DNA of 64,000 nt from Dehalococcoidia bacterium (GCA_963667675.1 OY763929.1:642-64641); one strand, 5' to 3'. Numbered from the stretch's first letter, positions 53,766 through 62,575 are shown. The notes: generated from the sequence alone by a model not told the origin. Translations and numbers: made by a program.

Positions 53766-54590
53766 CTAACCGCCGGCTACTATGGTGGTGCCGCCTTCTT
53801 CTCCCCGCAGGCAGGACAGCAACGCCCCCGGACGCCGTCCGTCGACGATGTTGGCCACCGCCGACCGCTCCAATGCCCGCAGGCAAGCCCCCAGCTTGGG
53901 GATCATGCCGCCCCGGACCACCCCTGACTGGAACAGTATCCCGGCGCGCCTGCGGTCCAGCCTGCTGATTAGCCGGTTGGACCCGTCCAGCACCCCTTCC
54001 ACGTCGGTCAGGAAAATGAGACGCTCCGCGCCCAGGGCCCGGGCCAGTTCACCGGCTACCGTGTCGGCGTTGACGTTCAGGGGGCCGCCGGAGTGCTCCG
54101 AGCCGTCGGCGCAGTGCATGGCCAGCGGCGCGACCATGGGAATGTAGCCGCCGGCCAGTATGTCCTGGACGGGTTGGCAGTTGACTTTGTCGATTTCACC
54201 CACGTAACCCAATTCAGGATTGGCGATGTGGGCTTCCAGCAGTCCGCCGTCGATGCCGCTTATGCCGATGGCCCGGCCTCCAAGCCGCTGCAGCGACGAG
54301 ACCAGGTCCTTGTTTATCACCCCGGTCAGCACCGCCACCACGATTTCCAGGCTGGCGGCGTCGGTCACCCGCAGCCCGTTGGAGAAACGAGGCTGCAGGC
54401 CCTGCCGCTGCATCCACTGGGTAATCGCGTTGCCGCCGCCGTGCACCACCACGGTCGGGGTCCCCTCCTGCTGGAGGGTCACCAGGTCTTTCAGGCTGGT
54501 GTCGTGAAGACCAAGGGTGCTCCCCCCGATCTTCACCACGACCGGCGGCTTCGGCGCTGCCTCCTCGCTATTGGAGATATCAGTACTCAT
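53766..54590 (-). CDS. argB: Acetylglutamate kinase
   Basis: VVVKIGGSTL...VVVHGGG... amino-acid kinase motifs. Confidence 0.9.
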   Translation of the reverse strand: MSTDISNSEEAAPKPPVVVKIGGSTLGLHDTSLKDLVTLQQEGTPTVVVHGGGNAITQWMQRQGLQPRFSNGLRVTDAASLEIVVAVLTGVINKDLVSSLQRLGGRAIGISGIDGGLLEAHIANPELGYVGEIDKVNCQPVQDILAGGYIPMVAPLAMHCADGSEHSGGPLNVNADTVAGELARALGAERLIFLTDVEGVLDGSNRLISRLDRRRAGILFQSGVVRGGMIPKLGACLRALERSAVANIVDGRRPGALLSCLRGEEGGTTIVAGG

Positions 54591-54780
54591 ACAATCCCGT
54601 TTACGTCAGTCAACTGCGACTTGAAACAGGGAATACCAGGACTAAGCATACTTTCTTCCACTGGGCCAATGCATAATGCAAAAAGAAGAGGTTCTGAGGA
54701 AAATTGAATCGCGGGCTATCGGATGGACGAGGCTTTGGCGGCGGCCCCTCCTCGCCTCGGGAGGGCGTCCGCCTGCTGCA

Positions 54781-55998
54781 TCAGGTGGTGTAAGCGCTGT
54801 TGATGATTACATACTGCTCGGTAAGGTCGCAGCCCCAGGCGGTAGCCTGTCCGTCCCCCAGGTTGAGGTTCACTCGGAAAGTCACTTCCGGCGACCTCAT
54901 CAGGGCCACCACCGCGTCCCGGTGGTACGGGATGGGCTTGCCGGCCTCCATGATGCACACCCCGTTTACGAACAGGTCGACCTTCACCTCTTCGGCGGCC
55001 GCCCCGCTCCGTCCCAGGGCCATCATCACCCGCCCCCAGTTGGGGTCTGCCCCGTACACCGCGGACTTTACCAGGTTGGACGACGCAATGGTCTTGGCCG
55101 CTTTGCGGGCATCTGCAGTATCCTTGGCGCCCAAAAGCTCCACGGTGATGAGCTTGGAAGCGCCCTCGCCGTCTCGCGCGGTCTCCCTTGCCAGGTAGGT
55201 GCATACCTCCAACAACGCTTGCTTGAAGACGGCTGCGTCGGGAGAGCCGGCGTTGATGGGGCTGTTTTGCGCCGTTCCGTTGGCCATCACCAGCAACGCG
55301 TCGTTGGTGCTGGTGTCGCCGTCCACCGACATCATATTGAAAGAGGCGTCCGCCACTTCCTTCAGCGCGGCGGCCAGGTAACCCTGCTCCACCGCCGCAT
55401 CGGTGCCGATGAAGGCCAGCATGGTCGCCATGTCCGGGTGTATCATGCCCGAGCCTTTGCACAAGCCGCCGACGTGGACGGTGCGGCCCTCCAGCTCGAA
55501 CGAGACTGCGGTCTCCTTGGGCCTGGTGTCGGTGGTCATCATGGCCCTGGCCAAGGCGTGGCCGCCCTCCCCGTTCAGTTCTATCTTCCCCAAGCCGGCG
55601 CCTATCAGCGACATGGGCAACTCAACGCCGATGATGCCGGTGCTGCATACCAGCACCTCATGCGCCGACACGCCCAGCCGCTGGGCTGCCATCGCCGCCA
55701 TGTTCTTGGCGTCGGTGTATCCCTGCTCTCCCACGCAGGCGTTGGCGATGCCGGCGTTGACCACCAGGCCGCGTACCGGACCCTGGGCGAGATGCTCCTG
55801 GTTGACCGTAATCGTGGGCGACCTGATGGCGCTGGTGGTGAACACCCCGGCGGCGGCGCAGGGGGTTTCCGACGACACCAGGCCAAGGTCCAGCTTGTCC
55901 TCGGAATACGTCTTCAATCCGGCGTAGGTCGCTCCGGCCAGGAAGCCCGGAACGGTGGTCAGGGTCCCGCCTTCCACCGCCTTAATCGCGCCAGCCAT
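54781..55998 (-). CDS. argJ: Bifunctional ornithine acetyltransferase / N-acetylglutamate synthase
   Basis: Autoprocessing site ...HPDMATMLAFIGTDA... RBS GGGAGAA. Confidence 0.9.
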   Translation of the reverse strand: MAGAIKAVEGGTLTTVPGFLAGATYAGLKTYSEDKLDLGLVSSETPCAAAGVFTTSAIRSPTITVNQEHLAQGPVRGLVVNAGIANACVGEQGYTDAKNMAAMAAQRLGVSAHEVLVCSTGIIGVELPMSLIGAGLGKIELNGEGGHALARAMMTTDTRPKETAVSFELEGRTVHVGGLCKGSGMIHPDMATMLAFIGTDAAVEQGYLAAALKEVADASFNMMSVDGDTSTNDALLVMANGTAQNSPINAGSPDAAVFKQALLEVCTYLARETARDGEGASKLITVELLGAKDTADARKAAKTIASSNLVKSAVYGADPNWGRVMMALGRSGAAAEEVKVDLFVNGVCIMEAGKPIPYHRDAVVALMRSPEVTFRVNLNLGDGQATAWGCDLTEQYVIINSAYTT

Positions 55999-56053
55999 CT
56001 ACATGTTCTCCCGCATACGAATGGGCACGAATGCCCTCAAAAAACAGGCAACG

Positions 56054-56062
56054 AGTATAACA
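56054..56062 (-). promoter_or_regulatory. Candidate extended -10 promoter of argJ
   Basis: Reverse strand reads TGtTATACT. No good -35 box. Confidence 0.35.
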
Positions 56063-56081
56063 CAGCGCCAGTCACGTTTGT

Positions 56082-56110
56082 TTGACACCGTTCCAAGCCG
56101 AAAGTACCAT
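56082..56110 (+). promoter_or_regulatory. Promoter of the DUF1015 gene
   Basis: TTGACA-N17-TACCAT. It coincides with the ORF-track start, supporting the downstream ATG at 56196. Confidence 0.5.
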
Positions 56111-56195
56111 TCCACGTGTCAAAATCTCTGCCGGCATAGCTACTCCCCGCTCAGCGGCGTCGCAGGCAGTCCCAACAGGAGAAGTAACGTTCCCA

Positions 56196-57491
56196 ATGGT
56201 TGATGTCAGGCCCTTCCGCGGCTGGCGCTACGACCTCGACTTGGTGGGCGACCCCGCCACCGCGCTGTGCCCTCCCTACGACATGATTACGCCGGAGGCG
56301 CAGGCGTCGCTGCGGCAGTCGAATCCCTACAACGTGGTACACCTGGAGGCCGGCGAGAGCCTGGACTGGGACAACCCGGCCCAGGAACAGTACTCCAGCG
56401 CCGCCGGCCTCTTCGCGGATTGGACGAGCAAAGGCGTGCTCAGGCGGGACGCCCAGCCTTCCTACTACCTGTCCAAGCAGGTGTTTATGCACGAGGGCAG
56501 GGAGTGGACGCGCCTGGGATTGACCGCCTGCGTCGGCTTGGAGCCCTACGACGGCGGGCAGGTGCTGCCCCACGAGTACACCGAAGCCCCGGCGGTGCGC
56601 GACCGCGTGACCCTGATGAAGGCCTGCAGCGCCAACATCAGCCCCATCATGGGCCTCTACCGCGACGCTGACGGCGCCCTTTGCCCCGTGTTCCGGCAGG
56701 TCATGTCCGGGCCTGCGGACTTGCACGCCGACGACGGCAAAGAACTGCGGGCAAAGCTGTGGCAAATCTCCGACCCAGCCCTTTCGGGCCAAATAACCCG
56801 ATTCTTCCAGGACAAGCCCGTCTTCCTGGCCGACGGCCATCACCGCTACCACGCGGCCCTGCAGTTCCAGCAGGAACAACTGGATGCCGGCGAGATCGCC
56901 CCCGGCCACGCCGGCAATTTCGTGATGATGACGTTGATTGCCTTCGAGGACCCCGGCCTGCTGGTGCTCCCGTACCACCGGATGCTGGGCGGCCTGTCCC
57001 CCGAACAATTCTCGGAGGTGCAACGGCGGCTGGGCGAAATATTCCAGGCCGCGCCGATCCGAGGGGATACGCCCCTGGACGCGGAGTCGGCGGCCAGGGA
57101 AGCGGCCGGCGGTGACGGTGGCGGTCACGCCATGGTGATGGTGGGACCCGACGGTGAATCCCCCTCCCTGCTGACCCTGCGGCCGGAAGTAAACTGGCGC
57201 GACTGGGGCTCGCTGGCGGTCGCCGAAGCGTGGATTCTCGAGGAGAAGGTGCTGCGTCCCGTCCTTGGCGACGCGACCCTGGCCCACCTGGGCTTTATCC
57301 ACAGCCAACAAGAGGCCGTCGATGCGGTGTCCTCGGGCGGCAGCCAGCTTGCCTTCCTGCTCCGGCCGTTCCCGATGGGGCAGTTCGAGGCGCTGGTCAC
57401 CCAGCGGCAGCGGCTCCCCCGCAAGTCAACCTTCTTCTACCCCAAACTCCCCACCGGCCTGGTCATCAACCAGTTGGACGGGACTCTATAG
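56196..57491 (+). CDS. DUF1015 domain protein
   Basis: MVDVRPFRGWRYD...CPPYDMITPE is the family-typical N-terminus. RBS AGGAG. Confidence 0.75.
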   Translation: MVDVRPFRGWRYDLDLVGDPATALCPPYDMITPEAQASLRQSNPYNVVHLEAGESLDWDNPAQEQYSSAAGLFADWTSKGVLRRDAQPSYYLSKQVFMHEGREWTRLGLTACVGLEPYDGGQVLPHEYTEAPAVRDRVTLMKACSANISPIMGLYRDADGALCPVFRQVMSGPADLHADDGKELRAKLWQISDPALSGQITRFFQDKPVFLADGHHRYHAALQFQQEQLDAGEIAPGHAGNFVMMTLIAFEDPGLLVLPYHRMLGGLSPEQFSEVQRRLGEIFQAAPIRGDTPLDAESAAREAAGGDGGGHAMVMVGPDGESPSLLTLRPEVNWRDWGSLAVAEAWILEEKVLRPVLGDATLAHLGFIHSQQEAVDAVSSGGSQLAFLLRPFPMGQFEALVTQRQRLPRKSTFFYPKLPTGLVINQLDGTL

Positions 57492-57505
57492 TTCCGGCCA
57501 ACCAT
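57351..57505 (+). repeat. Direct repeat copy A (3' end of the DUF1015 gene plus 14 bp)
   Basis: 146 of 155 positions identical to 59101-59255. Confidence 0.95.
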
Positions 57506-57518
57506 CCCGGACTCTGTC

Positions 57519-57650
57519 ATGAACTACGACTACGTTGTTCCAGAGGATTGGGCGAAGTGGGCCCCATCGCCGCTCAACGAGCCTGACTGCTCGCCCCATC
57601 CCTTCGACGTGATGGCGGTCTACGCTCTGTACCAGACTGTTTCCCAATGA
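57519..57650 (+). CDS. 43-aa ORF translationally coupled to the PD40 gene (below the ORF-track size cutoff)
   Basis: MNYDYVVPEDWAKWAPSPLNEPDCSPHPFDVMAVYALYQTVSQ. Its TGA overlaps the PD40 ATG as ATGA (57647-57650). The tail is conserved upstream of the second PD40 gene, with mostly synonymous changes. Confidence 0.4.
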   Translation: MNYDYVVPEDWAKWAPSPLNEPDCSPHPFDVMAVYALYQTVSQ

Positions 57651-59059
57651 AGCCAGCCGATGGGGGTAACCACCGACTGAGAATTATACGGTCGCCACTT
57701 GTCATCGGTCCGATTCTGGTAGTGACTATATTTTCTGTGGCGTACATTATTTTTGTTGGCACCGTAGGGATAGGCTGGGGTGAACGCGAAGGTAACCTCA
57801 GCCCCAACGAAGACTATCACAGGTGGAGCGATACACACTGGTATGCTCCGCAGTCGTTGGAACCCCAGTGGATACCTGCTGGGAGCCGCATTGTTTTCAA
57901 AAAGCCATACGACTCCGAAGACCGATGGCCCGACGACCTCTACAGCATTACTTCAGACGGCTCCAGCCTACGTAAGGTCGCTGATGATGCGCGCTGGTTA
58001 AACATCTCTCCTGATGGCTCAAGCATCGCCTACAGCACGACGCGAGAACATCAAAAGCTGCCCTACTATATAGAGACCTCCAAGCCGGACGGCTCAGGTC
58101 GGCGGCCCATTACCGAGCAAGCATTGAAGGACTACATTCCTGTTGAAGAAGCACTCCTCAATGACGTTTCTCCTTCATGGTCGCCAGACGGCGAGCGCAT
58201 CGCTTTCGCAAGAATCTCGCACTCCAGTCGTGAGGAAGGTCGGGGTATCTACATCATGAACGCGGACGGCACCAACCAGCATCGGATATTCCGTTTTGAA
58301 GGCCGGGGCCTCCACGCTACGTACGCGGTTAGCTCCAAGCAACCTCAGATATTCCGTTCTGGAGAGACTCCTTCAGATGATAGATTACATGACTATGTGT
58401 GGGGTCCAGTGTGGTCGCCCGATGGTGGGAAGTTGGCTTTTGTACTTTGGGAATATGAAGCAGGCGGCGGCGAGTCCGTCAACCCGTACGCTCTTTACGA
58501 GTCTGTCAATCCGTATGTTCTTTACGTCATAAACGCTGACGGCTCGGGCTTGGTGCGGGCTTTCGAAGCGACCCAGGACAAACCCATAACTCCAGTAGAC
58601 AGGTCGATAGACGAAATACCAGGACCTCCCATATGGTCACCGGACGGCCGGAAGTTGGCGTTCACCCCTTTTTATTATGAGGCCTCATTTGCGGAAGAAG
58701 AAATAACAGTGCTCCACGGAGTTGTTGTGAACACGATAAACGCTGACGGCTCCGGGTTGCAGGCCGCGGCCGAATTCGACGGATCATTTGTAAACAACTT
58801 GTCCTGGTCGCCAAACGGAAAGAACATCTTATTCACCACTTTGACTAGGACAGTGTACATAGGTGACGGTGACGGGTCAGGTGTTTATAGCCGAGTGTCA
58901 GACGGGTCATATGCAGCTTGGTCTCCCGACGGTTCCAAGATAGCGGTAATTGACTTTGTTTCCGACGAATATCTCTTTACGGTAAACGCAGACGGCTCAG
59001 GCCGGCAGGTGTTGGTGAGGAGAGAAGAAGACGGAGACCTGAAGGCTGCCAACAGATGA
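57647..59059 (+). CDS. PD40/TolB-like WD40 beta-propeller protein with an N-terminal membrane anchor
   Basis: Repeated WSPDG(x)(K/R)IAF blades. TM segment IGPILVVTIFSVAYIIFVGTVGI. Confidence 0.8.
   Translation: MKPADGGNHRLRIIRSPLVIGPILVVTIFSVAYIIFVGTVGIGWGEREGNLSPNEDYHRWSDTHWYAPQSLEPQWIPAGSRIVFKKPYDSEDRWPDDLYSITSDGSSLRKVADDARWLNISPDGSSIAYSTTREHQKLPYYIETSKPDGSGRRPITEQALKDYIPVEEALLNDVSPSWSPDGERIAFARISHSSREEGRGIYIMNADGTNQHRIFRFEGRGLHATYAVSSKQPQIFRSGETPSDDRLHDYVWGPVWSPDGGKLAFVLWEYEAGGGESVNPYALYESVNPYVLYVINADGSGLVRAFEATQDKPITPVDRSIDEIPGPPIWSPDGRKLAFTPFYYEASFAEEEITVLHGVVVNTINADGSGLQAAAEFDGSFVNNLSWSPNGKNILFTTLTRTVYIGDGDGSGVYSRVSDGSYAAWSPDGSKIAVIDFVSDEYLFTVNADGSGRQVLVRREEDGDLKAANR
58472..58525 (+). 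repeat. In-frame 27-bp tandem duplication inside the PD40 gene
   Basis: GAGTCCGTCAACCCGTACGCTCTTTAC followed by GAGTCTGTCAATCCGTATGTTCTTTAC, encoding ESVNPYALY and ESVNPYVLY. Confidence 0.9.
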
Positions 59060-59241
59060 CAGCCATGCTCTCAAGAGAAGCAAAGCTATTCTTCGGCTTG
59101 GCCTTCCTGCTCAGGCCGTCCCCCACGGGGCAGTTCGAGGCGCTAGTCACCCAGCGGCAGCGGCTACCACGCAAGTCAACTTTCTTCTACCCCAAACTCC
59201 CCACCGGCCTGGTCATCAACCAGTTGGACGGGACTCTATAG
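59056..59241 (+). pseudogene. Orphan copy of the DUF1015 C-terminus (61-aa ORF); either a gene fragment or a coupled mini-ORF
   Basis: The last 46 of its 61 residues match the C-terminus of 56196-57491 at 44 of 46 positions. Its ATG overlaps the PD40 stop as ATGA (59056-59059). Confidence 0.6.
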
Positions 59242-59255
59242 TTCCAGCCAACCAT
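59101..59255 (+). repeat. Direct repeat copy B
   Basis: See copy A. The offset between copies is 1750 bp. Confidence 0.95.
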
Positions 59256-59362
59256 TCAAAACGCCGGGCATTGAAGGCTAGAGGATCAAAAATCTGAGTT
59301 GCTCTCATCTTCCCTTTGACATCATGGCTATTTACGCCCTATACCAGTCGGTGGACTAAATT

Positions 59363-61132
59363 GTGATTTCGACGAGGAGAGTATCAATCACGCTTTGCCT
59401 GGCGTTGGCTTTGGTTTTAGGAGTCTCATGCCAGGATGATGGAGCAGGCGGCGTGACCGAGGATGCACCCCCATCTCCAGGCCCTACGGCAACATCGGCG
59501 ATTTCTCCGACTCCCGGAGTGGTCCGCGGTATTGTTTCTGATCCCGACGACCCCTGCGGCATCAGCCTAGGGGGATATTCGGGCGAATACCACGAGGGGT
59601 TTTTCCACTGGAGCGGCGACGGATCCTTTTTGGTGTTCGACGTCGACGACGAAATCTGGGCGCTGGATATGTCAAATTCCCGGGTGCGAAAGATAGCCGA
59701 CGTAGACCCAGACTATAGGGAGGAGGGCGACGAGTATTATAGATATACCGATTATAGATTTCTCTACGGGTTCTACGCCGACGTATCGCCGGACGGATTA
59801 CGGATAGTGTATTCCACCTGCGAGTACGAGGTTTATCCGCCGTCCGTCATCGGCTGGTCACATCGTGGCGAGGGGAATATACAGGTTTATGAAATCGGTA
59901 CGGTCAACATCGACGGGGGCGACAAGGAGCGGTCGACTGAGTCGGTGCAGATGGACAACTACCCCGTGTGGTCCCCGGATGGAACGCAGGTCGCCTTCAT
60001 TTCGGGTATCAGGGGAAGTGCGTATGACGAAGGCCACTACGAACCGGAGTACTCGGCGCTGCACATCAAGTGGGTAGAAGACGGTGAATTAAGAGCGCAC
60101 CGGATTGCCAAAGTGCTTCGAGGCACTACCGGGGTGGCCCTGTATCCCCCTGTGTGGTCGCCCGATGGTCGGTACCTAGCGTACCTCTTCAATCGTGACA
60201 AGTTAAAGCCGTTTGCCCGTGATCTCTACATTGTAAAGGCGGACGGTTCCGAAGAAACCGGATTAGAGGCAGGTAAAACTGTTACGGCGCCCGCCGACTG
60301 GTCCCCGGACGGTCGGGAATTGGCCTTCGCCTCCATTGACGAAGAGTCGCCAATAATCTATGCAGTTATGCCCGATGGCACAGGCTTGCGCACGGTTTGG
60401 CGCAGCGGATACGACGGCCCGTATGAGCCCATCTCCCAGGTGTCCTGGTCTCCCGACGGCTCGGAACTCCTGTTCGTGTCCGGCAGCGTCTACGTCGTGG
60501 GGTCCGACGGCAGCAGCCTGCGGCTGATTGAGTATGGCGCCAGGGCCGCTTGGTCTCCGGACGGGTCAAGGGTTGCCGTCTACCAACCGGGTTATCAGAT
60601 ACTGATCGCGGCCCGTGACGGCACGGACGTGCGCCCGCTGGCGATGGCAGATGCAAACGGCATTTTCCATGCGGTGAAGACGGCCCCGTCTGTTGGCCCG
60701 GCGGCGTGCTCGGCGGGCGTCGTCCCGGATCCCGATACAAACCCCGGCCTGGTACGAGACTGCGAAGTCCTGCTGAACATCCGGGACTCTCTTGACACAG
60801 GCGAGCAGTTGAACTGGAGCGGAAGCGTTCCCATGGGAGATTGGGACGGGGTCGTCCTGGCTGGCTCGCCTCCTCGAGTCTATGCGCTGGTTCTTCTAGA
60901 CCGTGACTTAACGGGCATTCTGCCGCCGGAACTCGGCGAACTAGCCGAGCTTCGGACGCTCAACCTAAGCGGGAACTACCTTACAGGAAGCATCCCCCAG
61001 GAACTGAGCAATCTATCAAGTCTTAACACAATGTCACTATCCGGCAATCAGCTTACGGGCTGCATTCCAATAGACTTGAGGTATATAGAGAGCACCGACC
61101 TTGCTGCACTCGGCCTCCCAAATTGCGAGTAG
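59363..61132 (+). CDS. PD40 beta-propeller lipoprotein with C-terminal plant-type leucine-rich repeats
   Basis: GTG start. Signal with lipobox-like LVLGVSC. WSPDG blades. The C-terminus carries an LRR N-cap (DCEVLLNIRDSL...NWS...W.GV) and LTGxIPxEL repeats. Confidence 0.8.
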   Translation: MISTRRVSITLCLALALVLGVSCQDDGAGGVTEDAPPSPGPTATSAISPTPGVVRGIVSDPDDPCGISLGGYSGEYHEGFFHWSGDGSFLVFDVDDEIWALDMSNSRVRKIADVDPDYREEGDEYYRYTDYRFLYGFYADVSPDGLRIVYSTCEYEVYPPSVIGWSHRGEGNIQVYEIGTVNIDGGDKERSTESVQMDNYPVWSPDGTQVAFISGIRGSAYDEGHYEPEYSALHIKWVEDGELRAHRIAKVLRGTTGVALYPPVWSPDGRYLAYLFNRDKLKPFARDLYIVKADGSEETGLEAGKTVTAPADWSPDGRELAFASIDEESPIIYAVMPDGTGLRTVWRSGYDGPYEPISQVSWSPDGSELLFVSGSVYVVGSDGSSLRLIEYGARAAWSPDGSRVAVYQPGYQILIAARDGTDVRPLAMADANGIFHAVKTAPSVGPAACSAGVVPDPDTNPGLVRDCEVLLNIRDSLDTGEQLNWSGSVPMGDWDGVVLAGSPPRVYALVLLDRDLTGILPPELGELAELRTLNLSGNYLTGSIPQELSNLSSLNTMSLSGNQLTGCIPIDLRYIESTDLAALGLPNCE

Positions 61133-61233
61133 GCGGTGAGCGGAAAGTGACCGTGATTAACGAAACGACATCGAGAAACCGGATAGCCGCTTGCTTGGCT
61201 GGACTGGGCATCGCCTCGCTTTGACTTGATTCC

Positions 61234-62346
61234 CTAGCCGGCGCTGAACCCCACCTGGGGCAAGACGGCCTTCAGCGTATCCAGTACTTCCTGGATGTCG
61301 TCTTCCGACACCTGCCCCATGTGGCCTATTCGGAAGATCTTGCCGCTGAGCTTGCCCTGTCCTCCCGCCAGCACCACGCTGTGCTCGGTGCGGGCCAGGG
61401 ACACCAGCTTGCCGCCGTCTATTCCCTCCGGCACCTTCACCGCGGTCACGGCGTTGGACGCCCACCGCTCGTCCTGGGCCAGCAGTTCCAGCCCCAAGTC
61501 CCTGACTCCGTCACGGGTCATCTGGCCGATGCGGACGTGCCTTTCGAACACGTTTTCCATGCCCTCGGCCAGCAGCGTATCCAAAGCCAGGGACAGGCCG
61601 TAGAGGGCCGCAACGTTGGGCGTGAACGGCGTCTCGCCCCGTTCTAGGTAGCTTTGGGCCGCCTGCAAATCGAAGTAGTACCTGGGCATGGTGGCCGGCT
61701 CCTGGGCTGCGTGCGCGGCCTCGCTCATGCTGACGAAGGCCAGCCCCGGCGGCACCATGAACCCCTTCTGCGACGCAGTGCTCACCACGTCGCAGCGCCA
61801 GCCGTCGGTCGGCAGGGGCACGCATCCCAGGCCGCTGACCGCGTCCACCAGCAGCAGCTTGTCGAACTCCCTCTTGACCACTCCGGCGATGGCTTCCACG
61901 GGGTGGGTGATACCGGTGGAGGTCTCGTTGTGGGTGACCAGCACCGCCTTGATTTCCGGGTCGTTCGCCAATGCTTTTCGGATTTCCTCCGGGTCCAGCG
62001 GCTCTCCCCACTCGAATGTCAGCCGCTGCACTTGGGATCCGTAGGTCTCGGCAATCTCGGTGTAGCGGTCTCCAAATGACCCGGCGCTGGCGGCCAGCAC
62101 CTTGTCGCCGGGCGACAGGGTGTTGACCACCGACGCCTCCAGCGCCCCGGTGCCCGAGGCGGTGAGGACGTACACGTCGCCCTGGGTCATGAACACCTGC
62201 TTCAGTTGCTCCGTCGTCCGAGTGATGATCTCCCGGAACTCCGGGCCCCGGTGGTTGATCATCGGCTGGGACATTGCCTCCACGATGTCGTCGGGCACCG
62301 GAGTAGGTCCGGGCACCCTCAGGTTCTGCCTGGGTATTTTCACCAC
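61234..62346 (-). CDS. Class V aminotransferase (alanine-glyoxylate / serine-pyruvate aminotransferase family)
   Basis: 370 aa with ...PGPTPVPD...MINHRGPEF... GTG start after GAGGTGAAGGA. Confidence 0.85.
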   Translation of the reverse strand: MVKIPRQNLRVPGPTPVPDDIVEAMSQPMINHRGPEFREIITRTTEQLKQVFMTQGDVYVLTASGTGALEASVVNTLSPGDKVLAASAGSFGDRYTEIAETYGSQVQRLTFEWGEPLDPEEIRKALANDPEIKAVLVTHNETSTGITHPVEAIAGVVKREFDKLLLVDAVSGLGCVPLPTDGWRCDVVSTASQKGFMVPPGLAFVSMSEAAHAAQEPATMPRYYFDLQAAQSYLERGETPFTPNVAALYGLSLALDTLLAEGMENVFERHVRIGQMTRDGVRDLGLELLAQDERWASNAVTAVKVPEGIDGGKLVSLARTEHSVVLAGGQGKLSGKIFRIGHMGQVSEDDIQEVLDTLKAVLPQVGFSAG

Positions 62347-62566
62347 GTTTCCTTCACCTCATTTGATGATGCAGGCGTCGAGAGCGATGCCTGCAAATGA
62401 TTGCCCAAGAGCCGGCGCCGCCGCGCCCGTTCGAATCCATGCCGCTATAAGGCCGTTTCAGTCCCATGGGGATACCGGGGGCGGCATCAAGCGAAGTCCG
62501 ATTATAGCACCTGTCTCCAGGCGTCGCTACGGTCAGTAGAAGCCGCCTCTGGCCCCGCTAATCCGA

Positions 62567-62575
62567 TGCTATAAT
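62567..62575 (+). promoter_or_regulatory. Extended -10 promoter (TGcTATAAT) 6 nt upstream of the helicase ATG, suggesting a leaderless mRNA
   Basis: TGCTATAAT cgcctc ATG. There is no room for a Shine-Dalgarno sequence. Confidence 0.4.

Noticed and set aside
54676-56085. 469-aa plus-strand ORF, with similar ones at 56151-57311 (-), 19746-20957 (-), 15120-16616 (+), 28451-29716 (+), 35054-36010 (+) and 4710-5699 (+)
   Set aside because: All are antisense shadows of well-supported genes (argJ, DUF1015, LLM, DUF1800 x2, LLM, amidohydrolase). None has a recognisable motif or an RBS.
57351-61132. Calling the PD40 region a mobile element
   Set aside because: No integrase, transposase or terminal inverted repeats are present, and no third copy of the 155-bp repeat follows the second PD40 gene. 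Mobility is only a hypothesis, so I reported direct repeats rather than a mobile_element feature.
62429-62438. GTTCGAATCC string resembling a tRNA T-loop
   Set aside because: The flanking 5-nt segments (gcccg / ccatg) cannot pair as a T-stem, and no acceptor or anticodon arm can be drawn. It is probably chance, or at most a very decayed fragment.
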